Shown here piece by piece: positions 36,359 to 49,700 of a DNA stretch of 64,000 nucleotides. The translations under genes were made by a program, and so were the position numbers. The notes under the pieces are model-generated. The model was not told the DNA's origin. It saw nothing but the letters and a program-made list of their open reading frames with translations, and did not search any database. Origin of the DNA: Protoeuglena noctilucae (Eukaryota). The DNA lies in NCBI GenBank assembly GCA_958009085.1, contig OY253671.1, positions 992,001-1,056,000 on the forward strand, read 5' to 3'. The first letter of the stretch is position 1. The number at the start of each line of letters is the position of its first letter.

Positions 36359-36706
36359 GCAGGAGCGTCGTCTCTAGGCGGGGTGGCCAGCACCCGAGCG
36401 ACAGCGGCCTGGCGTAGTGTTTGCAAACTCTTGTGACCTCTAATGATTCTCAGCGTGTCTGTCGTACATTATATGCCGCGCTCGCGCCTTTTGTCGCGTT
36501 TTCTTGTCCCCCAGGGCCTGGCGCAGTGAAAGCCTGAGGTTGCAACGCAAGGGGGGGGGAACCCTCAGCCAGACACCCGACGCGTGGCCTAAGAATGGGA
36601 GCTTGGGCTCCGAAGAGATCGCACAAAAGTCTGCCCGAACGACCGGGCGGGGAAAGGTGCTTGTCTTTGCGATCGTGGGTCGTTGACGCCGCCGGCATCC
36701 GCAGGC

Positions 36707-37697
36707 ATGGCGGTTCTGGCCTCGACGAGGAGACTGGGCGGCAACCTCCATCTGCTCTGGCGAAGTCAGGCGTGTAGCTTTCATCAGGCCTCGCGGCTCT
36801 CGCAGCGGGCCACCCCGCCGCACGCGGGCCCCTCACGACCCACGCCCCCTGTTAACGGTGATCCTGCGGCGGATAGCGGCCCGTTTATCGCAGCGGACGT
36901 GCCTCTCGATGATATCGGCGCGTCTTTACATCCTCGCAGAAGGAGGGGCACTACGGCCGCGCCCTCGGTACGCTTCCTCGGCCTCCCGTTCGCCCACGTT
37001 CCTTGGTTTCCGCAATTCGAGGATGTTCATGGTCATCGTGGTGGCGATCGCGCTCGTGCGCCCCTCCGGCCATGTCCTAATGGCGCGCAGGCCGAAGGGC
37101 AAGTCCATGGCGGGGCTGTGGGAGTTCCCGGGCGGGAAGGTGGGTTTTTGTGAGGCCATGGAGCGAGCCACCCCATTTGAGCACAGGAAAGCACCCAAAG
37201 CAGGCGTGTCATCGGAGCATCATAAGCAGCGCTCACCATGGGTCCACGACGTTAGCCAGGCTGTCGCCCTTCCACAGGTCGAGACGGGGGAGACGTATCG
37301 GCAAGCCCTGGTGCGGGAGGTGAAAGAGGAGCTCGGGGTCACCGTGCGGGAGGAGAGCCTGCAGCCCATTATGTTCTCCGATCACCTGGAGCCGGGGGAG
37401 TGGTCGCCGGACACCTACAGCTTCAACCTGCTGATCCACTTGGTGAGCGAGTGCACTGGTGCACGGCGCAGCGTCAAGCCGGGTGCAGATGCGCTCAGGA
37501 AGCGACCGTGGTGCTCAGGGAGCGACCGTGGTGCTCGTTGGCGCACGCAGTACCTGTGCAAGGAGTGGGAAGGGGAGCCAAGGGGCATGGAGGGGCAGGA
37601 GCTGGCGTGGTGCGACTCGCAGACGCTGGTCGGCTTGCAAGTACCTCCGGCAGACATTTCCCTGATCGGGCCTATGTGTGAGGTGACACCGTGCTGA
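36707..37697 (+). CDS. Nudix hydrolase, MutT/NudG-like, with N-terminal targeting peptide
   Basis: LMARRPKGKSMAGLWEFPGGK|VETGETYRQALVREVKEELG (Nudix box), YLCKEWEGEP, PPADISLI. Upstream exons joined by introns 36858-36939 and 36968-37021. Confidence 0.88.
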
Positions 37698-38080
37698 GAG
37701 TTAAGCTAGAGTCACTGGTCCCTGATCAGCGATGGCTGGTCGACTCTCCCGTGACATGCAACCGTATCGCCCCGGCACCCAGATTCTGAACGCGGCGGCT
37801 GCAGAGGAGCGGCTACCCAGCGCAAGTCCCGGGGAGCGAGGCGACGGCGGGCCGCCTGGCTCCTGAGCAGCGCGACGATAGCACCACGGCAACTATTTCA
37901 AGCGCACATGATCGTTGCAGGCGGGGTCCTTGGAGAGACAATTGCCCACCGGTCCTAGGCCGGGGCGGCTGGGTGGGCATATGGCCACGCAAGCAGGCAG
38001 GCAGAAGTCTGTCGACAGGTCACGATCCTTCGGCCAGCGCCAGGATAGGGCGTTCTAGCAACTACGGCAAAAACGGCGGT

Positions 38081-41000
38081 CTAGCGTCTTGGATGCGTGG
38101 AATCGCTTAGCAGAGGGGTCACGGGAGCAAAGCGCGCGCGGGAGGGCGCGGCAGCTGCCAGAAACGCTCGGCAGTGTGGAGACTCGCCAGGGGCAGGTGC
38201 GAGGCTCGCTGAACACAGGGTACAAGAGTCACGGAAGCCGCGGCTGGGCGTCGCGTTGTTAGTTCCAATGTCGGAGAGAGTTGCGGCGGCACCGCGGGAG
38301 GGGCGGCGAGGACGGCGGGAATGCAATGGCCTTCCGCGTCGTCATCGCCGTCACGCGCGAGTCACGTTGTCGATGCGCCCTTCTGCCACCGGCGCCAGGC
38401 CGAGCATGTTGAACTCATCGACCCACGCCGTCATGGGCCGCGACCCGCTCACCAGCAGCTGGCCTCCTGCGGACGCGGAAGGTAACTGAAACTTAACACG
38501 CGATCCACCGTGGTGGCAGCGTCGGGGCAGACGCGCGGAGCCACACCGATCCCGTCAGCCCACGCGACCCCTTGCCTGCTGGGGCGTCTGTGATGGCGGC
38601 CGTCTTGAGCATCCCGTCGGCGTCGTCGTGAGTCCGCGACGACGGCGACAGGCGCGACCCCCCCGCGTGCCCCGACCGGCCCATGCTCGCACTCGCGCCC
38701 GCGCGGGGTGGCGCGCCTGACTTGGGCGTCAGCTGGCTGCTCTCGCCGCTCTCCACGGACTGCGATGTCGCAGGCCGCGGCACCGCCTCCTCGACCGTCC
38801 CGTCGCTGTCCATGTCTGCGTCGCCACGGCAAAGCGTCACAGTCGCAATCGCCACCCGCGAGAATCGCAAGGCATCCGTGAATCCCCGCCCGCCGCGCGC
38901 ACGCACCGTCGCCGGCCGCCCCCATGGGATGCGCGGTGACGGAGGCCTCTGGGCGGAACTCGTCCCCGCGTGCCGAGGTGTCTGCGCCCTGGCTGACGCG
39001 CTTGGTCCCTGCGGAGGCCTCCTGCAGCTCCAGCAGCATGGCGACCATCGCTAACGTGAGCGACGGGGCCTCCGACGCCGACTCGAGCACCGGGCACGCG
39101 GCCAGGATGTGCAGGCCGTGCTCGCCACGCGCCGCGCGCGCCGTCGTCACCACCCGGTACGTCCGCTGCAGAGGGAAGGGCCGAGGGGCGGTCAGCGGCC
39201 GCTCTACAGGTGACTCGTTTGCGGACGGCGACGCCGCGAAGCGCGGGGGGGGGCCAAGGAGCCACGCCGCGCATGTCACAGCCCCTCGCCCTCACCGGCA
39301 GATCGAGCGGGGCGCCCCCGACGAGCACCGTGCTCTGCACGACGCGGCGACCCGCGGGCCGCATGCCGTTGAATGCGAAGGAAATGCCGGAGACCTGCAG
39401 GAAGCCGCCGTGGGGGTGGGGCCACTGTCCCACGGACGCCTCGATCGCCTGCAGGAGCATCGACCCTGTCACGCCCAGCACGACCGTGTCCTCCGAGGGC
39501 GGCAGGAGATTTAAGACATCGCCGAGCGTGATGGGCCCGCGGGGCACCGTGGTACGGGAGTCGCGCATCGCGAGGGCCGACGCGGGGAGGAGGGCGACGT
39601 CGGCGCCCCTGCACGCGCGGCAGGCGGCGCGCCAGGCGTCGCACACCACGTTGGCCAGGGGGCACTCGCGTATCCCCAGCGAGGACGGGGAGGCATCCAA
39701 GTCACAGGCAGTCACTGCAGGGAGGCGCAGGGGGGACCGTGGTGGGGCACATTGCACGGGCGGAGGCAGAGACGCGTTGCCATGGGCGCTGGCCAGGTTC
39801 GCGGCAGCCGCACCTCCGAGCACGCGCGTGCGGTGGGCGTCCGCGGCGGCCTGGCCGTCCCGCACGAGGGTCGCCACCGTCGCGTCCTGGGCAAAGTGCG
39901 TGGTAACGTCGATGCGCTTGCACTCAATGCGCGCGCGCCGGGCCTGCTGCGGCACCCACGCGGCCAGCAGCGACGCCGTCCGCAGCTGACTCCCCGACTT
40001 GACCATCCACGTCATGTGGGGCGGCACCGGCCGAGCCTGCGGGCACCACCGGCGCAGTGATCTCGCCGACAGTCCCCCGTCGCTGCGCGCTTGCTCGCCT
40101 CTCTCGTTGCACCCCGCCACTCGCCTCGTAGCTCCCGTCGTGTCCCCCCAGCACGAGGTCGACCTCGGGCACTTGGGAGCACAGCGCGCGGTCCACCGCG
40201 GCCCGCGCGTGCGTGAGGGCCACGACGATCTCCGCCCCGTCCTGCCGCAGCTGGGACGCGAGGACCCGCGCCTCCTCCACCGCATCCAGGCACTCCAGGA
40301 CGGCGTCGTCGGCCCCGGCCGGCGCGGCCCAGTGGCCGTCCACCAGTCCGATGAGGCCGACGCGCACGCCCAGGTGCTCGATGATGCGCGAGCGCTCCGT
40401 ACCCGGGACGGGCCCCCCTCCCTTGGCCAGGCGGGCGTTGGAGAGCAGCCAGGGGAAGGCGCTCAGGCGGCTGAGCTCCTCAAAGCGCTCCAGGCCGAAC
40501 GCCAGGTCGCGGTTGCCCACCACGGCGCACTGCACCTGCATCGCGTTGAGCGCGGAGATGGCGTGCTCGCCGCGCGCCAGGACGACGGCGTCCGAGGGGC
40601 CCAGCGCGCCCCCGCTGAACAGCACCAGCGGCGCGGACCCCAGCGCCGCCTCGGCGTGGTGGATCGCGGAGGCCATCCGTGCCGCGCCGCCGACCGGCTC
40701 GCGGGGCCCCTCGCCGAGGTCCCGGACGTCGCTGAAGTGCCAAATGTTGATCCTTCGTCCGGGAAACTTGCTCCACGGCACGTCTGCGGGACGGGTGGGG
40801 AGGGGGCGTTCCGCGATACTTCACTGCTCCATCAGCGCCGTGTTGCGCGTGGGCGGGCCGAGGGGCGCCCGCCGCCCCGCGAGGGTCTTGGCCAGGCCCC
40901 CCTGGCCGGGCCACGCCGCGCGGCGTGGACGTCGGGCGTGCAAGCGGGACCGGGACCGGCCGCATCTGTAGCGTCCACAGAGGCAGCGAGAGTCGCGACA

Positions 41001-41527
41001 CACCTAGGAGGTCCTTGCGGAGGTCGGGGGCCACGTATGGGGGGAGGGTGTCCATGCCTGGGCTGAGCGAGGCCGGGGAGGGCCAGACCACATTCCTGGC
41101 CTGCGGACCCGCGACCTGGCCAGCATCCGCCTGCGGAGAAAACGGCGCGAGGGTCGTTGCCGCCTCTGCGGGACAGCATCCACCTGCCAGCGCGGCGAGG
41201 GTTCCTGGAGTTTGCGAGGCCTGCGACTGCGGATGCGGCTGCATCATCCTCGAATGTCCGCAGTGAGCGAGGCTGGAGGAGCCCCCGTCCCGCGCCGGCG
41301 CAGGAACGTGTCCGGCAAGGCGCCAAGGTCACGCGGGAGGCGCGGGGAAGGGGCCTGCCGACCGTGCGAGGTCGTTCGAGATACCAGCGTTCGGTGATGC
41401 GCGCGTGGGGGGATCCAGGTGCCGGCCCCCCGTGGGCAAGTGCGCAGGAACCGACTGAGCGGCGCAAGCTCACCCGCTGGTGCGCGTCCACCACCTCCGC
41501 CTGACGCTTTGAGGACACGCAGCCCAT
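38081..41527 (-). CDS. 5'-nucleotidase-family protein with degenerate catalytic motifs and MGC N-terminus
   Basis: IWHFSDV, GGAARMAS, FSGGALGPS, VGNRDLAFG, FPWLLSN, VALTH, LVLGGHD, ECPLANVVCDA, GPITLGDVLNLLP, GGFLQVSGISF. C-terminal exons less certain. Confidence 0.8.
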
Positions 41528-42018
41528 GCTGAGCCGGCCTTGCGCGACCGGGCGCCTTCCCGACCGTCCTAACAGGGGCCCGGACCCATCCTGGCCGGCG
41601 AGAGGGACCTTGAGTTAGCGCAGGGAGGCAGATATATCACAACCGCTCCGATGAGCGCGTTCTCGAGCGCCGGGAGGCAAACAACGCAAACAACCCCTCT
41701 CCCCAGACACAGATGGCTGGCACTACGCTCTGACATCATTTTTCGGCGTCATCCGGTCGCTGCAGCACCCACGGCAGCGAGAATCGACGCAGGAACGGGG
41801 ATTTTTGCGGTTTTCCGGCCGCTTGCTGCACCCGCGACCAAGGTCTGACCCCTTTATCGCAGCCGGTCGATTTGCGGCCCCCAGAGGTCTTCTTGCGGCA
41901 AAGTCGATTGCGAGTTGTCGGCGCTGAACTCGCGACCGGCGCGCACGTGCGGTACATGGGCGCTGGCTTCTCTGCGCGGGGCACGCACGCGAAGGGGCGG
42001 GGAGGGAGGGGAGAGACG

Positions 42019-43049
42019 ATGGCGGACGAAGAGACTTTCGATCCTTCGCTTGTGCAGGAGCTCGACGAGCGGCCTGACAGTGAGCGGCTTCGGGGGCAAT
42101 CTAACTGTGCCCCGCGGCCCCTTCGGGCTCCTGCGGGCTCCTGCGGACTCCTGCGGGCTCAGCGCTCTCCACGGGATGGGCGTCGCCTTCCCCGCCTGCA
42201 GATATCATGCCGGGCCTCTGCATGGGCTCCATGCTGGCCGAGATGAACGCCGTTGGGCTGACGAATGCCGGGGTCACGCACGTCCTGTGCGTGGCCGACA
42301 AGTTGCGCAACTCTCATCCGTCAAGATTCACGTACCACAACGTTGCCATGGATGATGACGAGCGCCAGGACGCCCTCCAGTACTTTAAGGTCAGGCTGGG
42401 CGCCAGGGAGTGGCGGCCCTCGTCGCCGGGCAGGAGGGTGACGACGTCGACGCAGAGAGTGGAACTGTCCCCCCGTCTCCTGCTTGCCCTCATCAGGAGT
42501 GCTTCGAGTTCATCGACTCTGCCATCGCAAAGGGGGGGAAAGTGTTCGTGCACTGTGCGGCGGGTGTCAGCAGATCCGGCACGGTGGTGGTGAGCTCGCT
42601 TCTCCTCTGCATGTGCCAAGGGTCGCACAATACCCCGTGCCCGAGAGCCAGCCGCGCCTCTGGGTGTCGCAGGTCGCGTACGTGATGTGGAAGCAGGGCG
42701 TCTCGATGGACGATGCCATGCGGCACGTGCAGGACTGCAGGCAGATCGTGTGCCCCAACCCCGGCTTCCTCGCACAGCTGTTCCTGTTCGACAACGAGTA
42801 CCAGGCGAGCAAGGGACGCGCATGTGCCATGGCAACTCACCCAGCCAGGGCAGCAGTGCTGCCAGTCGTCACCCCTCGCTGCCCCACGACCTGCAGAAGG
42901 ACGTGAACGCGGACTTCAGGGGGTGGAGGCAGCACTGGAAGAAGCTGCAGGATGCAGGCATCCTGGCCGGACTGGTCAGCAAATACAACCCCTGGGCGGT
43001 GGGGCCCACGGCCCAGCTGCTGGGCGGTGCGGACGGGCGCATGCTGTGA
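42019..43049 (+). CDS. Atypical dual-specificity protein phosphatase
   Basis: IMPGLCMGS, GVTHVL, VFVHCAAGVSRSGTVV (CX5R), AYVM, CPNPGFLAQL. Confidence 0.92.
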
Positions 43050-43118
43050 CCCTGGCGCCCCTGGGCGGTGGGGCCCACGGCCCGGCTGCTGGGCGGTGCG
43101 GACGGTCGCATGCTGTGA
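42989..43118 (+). repeat. 69-bp-period direct duplication spanning the DSP stop codon
   Basis: cccctgggcggtggggcccacggccc...gcatgctgtga at 42989-43049 and 43058-43118. Confidence 0.92.
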
Positions 43119-43307
43119 TGCTGGCGTGGCAAGCGGTGGCCGTCTGGTCGCGGCGATACGAACCGACACTGCCAGTCTCTAGAAATTGCGGCGGATGGAG
43201 CTCTTTGCTTCACCCTCCCGCCTGGCCGTGCACTCTTGATTGAAATCGGGCTCACGTCGCGTTCCGTAGCAGCCAGTGGCCTCGAGGATTGGCGACGCGG
43301 GGCAGCC

Positions 43308-46268
43308 ATGTCGGTGGCGGGGATCGATTTGGGGAATGACGCGTCCTGCGTGGCCCTCGCGCGGAAGCGCGGGGTGGACGTGCTGATGAACAAGGAGTCC
43401 AAGCGGGAGACGCCGAGCGCGGTGGCCTTCGGGGCCAAGATGCGGTCCTTCGGCGGGGACGCGGCGTCTGGCCGCGCGATGAACATGCGCAATACTATCG
43501 TGGACATCCGGAGGTTCCTGGGCAAGCCATTCCGCGCGCCCGATGTCCAGAAGGACGTCGCGCTGGCCCCGTTCAAGGTGCGCATCGCCGCCGCGCGCAC
43601 TCCCTCGCTCGGTGCAGTTCTTTCACTCCGAAGCTCGCACGCGGCCCGCATCGAGGGATCCGAGCCGCTCGGCGCGGCCCGGCCCTTCCCTGTGGGCGGC
43701 ATCGCCCAGGCTCCGCCGCGTCGCAGCTGCGCGCGCGGAGTCGCGATGCATGCGGGGAGGGGTTGCTCTCGCGCACGCGGTGGCGTGCGCTGCGTCCGGG
43801 AAGGCGGGGAGCGGTGGAGCCCCCGGGGCGCGTCTCCGGACGCTTCCAGCCCTCGCCGCGCCGCGTCATGCGCCCGACCGCATTGCCCTGTGCGCAGGTC
43901 GTGGAGGGCCCCCGCGGCAACTGCGCCGTCGAGGTCGACTTCCAGGGCGAGACGCAGGTGTTCTCGATGGAGAAGGTGGCGGCCATGGTGCTGGTCGAAA
44001 TGAAGAAGATCGCCGAGGCGGACCAGGGCTCCGAGATCACCGACTGCGTGCTCGCCTGCCCCGTCTACGCCACGGACGCGGAGCGGGCGGCCATGGTCGA
44101 CGCGGCGCGCATCGCGGGCCTGACCCCGCTGCGGATCGTGAACGAGAACACCGCCACCGCGCTGGGTTACGGCATCTACAAGACGGACCTGCCGGAGGAC
44201 AAGCCCGTGCACGTCGCGATCGTCGACTACGGCCACGTCGGCATCCAGGTCTCGGTCGTCGCCCTGACCCGCACGGGGCTGCGTGTGCTCGCCCACTCCT
44301 GGGACGTGTCGTGCGGCGGCCGCGCGCTGGACTGGGCGCTGTTCGAGATGGCCCGCGGGGAGTTCCGCGCCAAGACCAAGCTCGACGTCCTCGAGAACAA
44401 GCGCGCCACCCTGCGCCTGCTCCTGGCGGTCGAGAAGTGCAAGAAGGCGAGACCGCCCTCTGCCCTGCGTGCGCCCAACGCTGACGAACCGCCGCCGGCT
44501 GCGCCCCCGACGCGAACGATCCACGTAACGTCGCTCGCAGGTCCTCACTTCGAACCCCCTGGCGCCCCTCTCGGTCGAGTGCCTGATGGAGGACCGGGAC
44601 TTCAACATCATGGTGGCGCGGGAGCAGTTTGAGGGCCTCTGCCAGGCGTCTTTCCAGAGCGCGGAGGGCGCCATGCGCAGGGCCCTGGAGCTCTCGGGCC
44701 TGCCGGCCGAGGAGGTGGCCGTGGTGGAGTGCGTGGGGGGCTCGTCGCGCATCCCGGCCTTCGCCGGGGCGGTGCGCGCCGTCTTCGGCAAGGACCCCTC
44801 CCGCACCCTGCACACCAAGGAGTGCGTCGCGCGCGGGTGCGCCCTCCAGTGCGCCATCCTCTCGCCCATCTTCCGCGTGCGCGACTTCGACGTCCAGGAC
44901 TCGGTGCCTCTCCCGGTCGCCATCACGTACGACAACCCGGAGCCCAAGGACGGGCAGGGCCCGGTCGTCACGCAGACGGGTGCGTTGCGCGGCCGCTCCC
45001 GGCTCCGCCAGCCACGGCACACGCAGCCCTTTCTCTGTCGCGGCAACGTGCGCCTTTACTCCGCCATCCGCGCAGTGTTCAAGCGCGGCTCGCCCTTCCC
45101 GCTGTCGGTTAACCTCACGCTGCACCGCCGGGAGCCCTTCCCGGTGCGCGTGCACTACGCGGAGGACGCGGAGCTGCCGGAGGGGTACCCCCGCGAGCTG
45201 GGGACGTACCACGTGGGCCCGCCCATCCCGGTGCCCGAGGGGCAGGAGAAGGCCAAGCTCAAGGTGAAGCTGGGCCTGAACCTGCACGGCATGGCGTCCG
45301 TGGACGGGTGCGCGGCGGAGGAGGTCAAGGTGGTGCAGGAGGAGGTGCCGGCGGACAAGGCGGAGGACAAGGCGGGGGCGGAGGGGGGTGCGAAGGAGGG
45401 CGAGGAGGCGGCCGCGGCGGACGGGGCGGCTGCTGGCGCCGAGGCCAAGAAGGTCGACAAGACGGTGGTGAAGAAGACGCCCGTGCCGGTGGCGGCGGAG
45501 GGCGCGGCGGGCCTGACGCCGGCGGAGCTGGAGAAGGCCAAGGAGCACGAGTTCGACCTGGCGCTGCGGGACCGGGTGCAGGAGGAGACGAACAACGCCA
45601 AGAACGACCTGGAGGCGTACATCCTGGCGATGCGGGGGCGGCTGGGCGATGCGCTGGCGCCATACGTGACGCCGGGGGCCGCCGAGCACCTAATGGGGGA
45701 GCTGAACAAGGCGGAGGACTGGCTGTACGGGGACGGGGAGGACACGAGCAAGGGGGCGTACCTGGAGCGGCTGGCGGGGCTGCGGGCGATGGGTGATCCG
45801 GTGGAGGCGCGGGCGAGGGAGGACGCGGAGCGGCCGGGGGCGGCCGCGGCGCTCGAGGCGACGTGCCGGCAGTTCCTCGAGTCGGCCGCGTCCACGGCGC
45901 CCGAGCTGGCGCACATCGGCCCCGAGGACCGGGGCCGCGTGCGGTCAGAGTGCGAGGCGGCGCCGGTGTGGCTGCAGGAGAAGCAGGCGCTGCAGAGCGC
46001 GCAGCCCGCGCACGCGGACCCCGTGCTGGTCTGCAAGGACATCGCCAAGAAGGCCGAGACCGTGCAGCGGGTGTGCCAGCCCATCCTGTCCCAGCCACCG
46101 CCCGCGCCGGCCGCGCCCGCGCCCGCCTCGGCCAAGGAGGAGGACCGCGAGGCGATGGACACCGAGGAGGTGAAGCCGGCCAAGGAGGGCGCAGAGGCGA
46201 TGGAGGTGGAGGAGGGCGAGCGGGACGCGGCAGGCGGGGCCACGGGGGACAAGATGGAGACCGACTAA
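43308..46268 (+). CDS. HSP110: Cytosolic Hsp110 (HSP70-14/15-like nucleotide exchange factor)
   Basis: MSVAGIDLGN, NKESKRETPS, NENTATALGYGIYK, EKCKK|VLTSNP, VGGSSRIP, ECVARGCALQCAILSP, acidic loop, EDWLYGDGED. Confidence 0.95.
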
Positions 46269-46334
46269 GGGACTTGGCTTTGGGGTCGCGAGGGCTCTGC
46301 CGCGCTGCGGGCTGGCCCGCGCTGGAGATGCCCG

Positions 46335-46339
46335 TGTAA
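46335..46339 (+). promoter_or_regulatory. TGTAA chlorophyte-type polyadenylation signal
   Basis: TGTAA about 66 nt downstream of the Hsp110 stop codon. Confidence 0.55.
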
Positions 46340-46766
46340 TTTGAGCCTGCGCTAGGAAAGGTTGAAGGGGCACTGCGAGGCCTGTGCAGCACGAGTGGAT
46401 TGAGTGTGTCAGGAAATTTCAGCCGTTGCGTGTACCGTAGTTCGGAGTGCCTGATGGCGTGCAATCTGCATGTGTGCCGTGACAGGGGACTTCCACTCGC
46501 TGCCTCTCTGTTAGCTGCCTCTCTTCAAACATCACGTGCTCTTGCTCATGGGCCGTTGCCGGGGCCCGAAGGGACAGTCTTGGGATTAACGTCGGCGTTC
46601 GCTGCCCCGCATGACGTGACTGCGTGAGCGCGCGCCGCCCATGGGCCTCCGATTGCGCTCAGCTGTCGCACGTCGAACGATTGCTTTTCAGAGCCCGCAG
46701 CGCCGACTGCGCGTCCCGCGAGGCTCTCCCAGTAACGAATTCGTAAATCGTCCTTCTGCAGACGTC

Positions 46767-49700
46767 ATGACGGTGGTGGTTGGCGTCGCGGAGGCCGGCG
46801 CAGGTGCCAAAGCGTGGCTCGATGCGTTCCGTTCCAAGCACGGCCGCTTGCCCAAGCCTGGGGTCGACCACTTGCCGGCGGACGTAGCTGCATGGCTACG
46901 GTCGGCCGTGTGTGGTGGCGTCGCGAGGGCGCCTGTCGCAGCTGCGGAGGGGCGCGAGGAGTGCATCGCGGCATCTGATGACGAAGACGATTGCGCTGCG
47001 CCGGGGCCCTCCTCCCGCGCCGCCGCCGCTGCATTCGGAAGACGAAAGCAAGCGTGGTCGGGATCGCGCACCGGCATCGGGGACGGCGGGGGGCACGCCC
47101 GGGTCACCGCCAGCGACATGCGCGCTGCGCGCAGCGCAGGGAGGTCCGCGAGCGAGCTGGCGGCAGAGCGCGCGCGCAGGGAGGCGCGCCGCATGGCGGA
47201 AGCGCGAGGGAAGGAAGCGCGCGAGTCTGCGCGTTTCAACGACGCGTCTCTGCGGGCGCAGGAGCCTGCCTGCAGTGTCGACCCTGCAGTCGCCGATGCC
47301 GACTGGGCTCCGGAGCCAGCTGCCGCCGCGCGGACGAGCCAAGTCCCCGCGCCTAAGGCTGCGACCCGCCACTTTCCGCCAGAGGCGCTGCCCGAGCCGG
47401 GTGGCCTCGGTGCTCAAGCACCATGCGAGACCACGGCAGGTCCCAACACGTCTGTGCACGTCCCCAGCGCAGTCCAGGCACGCGTCCGCCCGTGTCCGCC
47501 GCGCCCGTCCCAGCCTTCAAAGCGGTCCGACGTGTGCACCAGCAGCGAGGCCTCGGACGGCAGCCACGTATCGGGAGACGACTTGGGGGGCGACGAGAGC
47601 GGCAGCGACACGCAAGACGGAGAGGGAGATGACGGGGAGGAGGGTGGGGTGGCGGGCGAGAGTGCGCGGGCCCGAGAGCCCCGCGCTCGGCCGCGCCCGG
47701 CACCACGCGTTTTGGCGGAGGTGTCGGTGGCGGACCTGCCGGGCCTCACGGTGGCAGAGCTCAAGATGGAGCTGAAGATGCGGTCCATGCCGCAGTCGGG
47801 GCGGCGTGCGGAACTCGTGGAGCGGCTCACGGCTGCGATCGAGGGGCGGGCACTCGCGCCGACCGAGCCGCGGACCGAGGCGGTTTCGGGGGCGGGCAGC
47901 GCACGCGGACCGGCGCCGCTGGTGAGGGCTCGCAGGGCGTGTGTGGGGCAAGGCCATTTTCGCTGCCTGGTTGGAGCGACGGCTGATGCGTCCCCTTGTG
48001 CTTGTCCCTCCCCAGTCCCGCAACTTCGTTCGGTTCAACCTCAAGAAGCCAAAGCAGTTTAAGTCGGGTCCCGGTGGCGGACTGCGTTTAAAGCGCAAGA
48101 GCAAGTTCCGTGCCAAGCCCCTCTCGTGAGTCCCATGGTTGTTCTGGCAAGTGTCACAGTCTGGCACAGGCTGGCGGTGGTGTGCGTAACGCAGGTGTTT
48201 GCCCCCGCAGCCAGCCAGGCGTGGGCGTCAAAGGTCGGCTGGGCGCGGTGAACGCTCTGGAGGAGGTGTCGACTCTCGCGGGCCGGGACGTGGCCCCGAG
48301 GCTCCTCTGCTTTGCGTGCGGCCAGCCGGGCCACTTTGCGCACTCGTGCCCCAACCGACTGGACGACGCGGGGCTCCCCGCCGCCGAAGCAGACGGAGCC
48401 GACGCGGCGCATCGAGAGAACGGCCAGGACGCGCCGTCCGACCCAGCGAGCGCGCCGGGCGGCCCCCTTGCGATGGCGGCCCCGGGGCGCGAGGAGGTGC
48501 CCGGGCCCCAAGGGGACGCCTTCCGCCGCGTGCGCGCGCTCGCGGAGAGCGTGGATTTCGACCAGCCGGGTGGCGTCTCCGAGGCCGACCTGCTGCCTGT
48601 CCTCCAGGGTGTCTTCGGTCACGGTGCTTTCCGCCCGGGCCAGGTTGCCGTGCTGCGCCGGGTGCTATCCCCGGGCAGCCGCACGCTGGCCGTGCTTCCC
48701 ACGGGCTCCGGGAAGAGTCTGCTGTACCAGCTCCCCGCCGCGCTGGGCCGCGGCATGGTGGTCGTCGTGTCGCCCCTGACGGCGCTCATGCGCGACCAGG
48801 TCCGCGTCCTGCCACCCGGCCTCCGCGGCGCGATGCTCGGGGGCGCGCAGAGGAAGGACGACTACTTCGCGGCGCTCGTCGCGTTGCAGAGGGGCGACGT
48901 CGACGTCCTCTTCATGGCCCCGGAGCGCCTGCAGAGCCCCTACACCCAGCGCATCCTCCAGGCCGTTCCTGAGGCGAGTAGCCAGCGCTAATGCCGCCTC
49001 ACTCAAGCCCACGGGAGGTTGCAGAGGCTTTTTCGCAGAGGACGTGTTGCGACTTTTGACCTGCCCTCGCCTGCTACCCGTTTAGCACCCTTGCCTTCCC
49101 AACCCCAGGGGCGCCGCCCGTCGCTGCTGGTGGTCGATGAGGCGCACTGCATCACCGAGTGGGGCCACAACTTCCGCCCGGCGTACCTGCGCGTCGGGTT
49201 GGTCGCCGCTTCCCTCTTCCCCCAAGCTTCCATCCTCGCCCTGACCGCCACCGCCACACGCGCCACGGAGGTCGCCATCTGCGCCGCCCTGGGCGTCCCA
49301 AACAGGTATGGCTCGCCATGCACTGCGCTGCGCCGTCCTCGCCCGCCCTGCGCCCAAGCTCGCACCTCCTCCTTGCCTCAGCGGCGTCGTGCGTGACGCC
49401 TCGCTTCCCGCCAACCTGCGCCTGCACGTCGAGCGCATCCGCGGGGACGCCCTGGGCGCCGACGCCCGCGGCCGCCTCACGTGGCTCCTCACCGAGGGTC
49501 CTCTGCGCGAGCGGCACTCGGTCCTCGTCTACGCGTCCCTCAAGCAGCAGGCCGACGACCTCGCCAAGCACCTGTACGTGTCGGGCGTGCCGTGCCTGGC
49601 GTACCACGCCGGCAAGGCGCCCCAGGAGAGGGCGCGCGTCGAGTCGCTCTTCGCGGCCGGCAAGCTCCGCTGCGTGGTGGCCACCGTCGCGTTCGGCATG

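Noticed and set aside
37490..37536. Short 20-bp tandem repeat in a MutT intron (a similar ctcctgcggg repeat lies at ~42125-42160)
   Set aside because: Ordinary intronic slippage repeats with no evidence of function.
42869..46464. Long antisense ORFs (725, 550, 379 aa) opposite Hsp110, and similar ones elsewhere
   Set aside because: Shadow frames caused by very high GC3, with no recognisable motifs.
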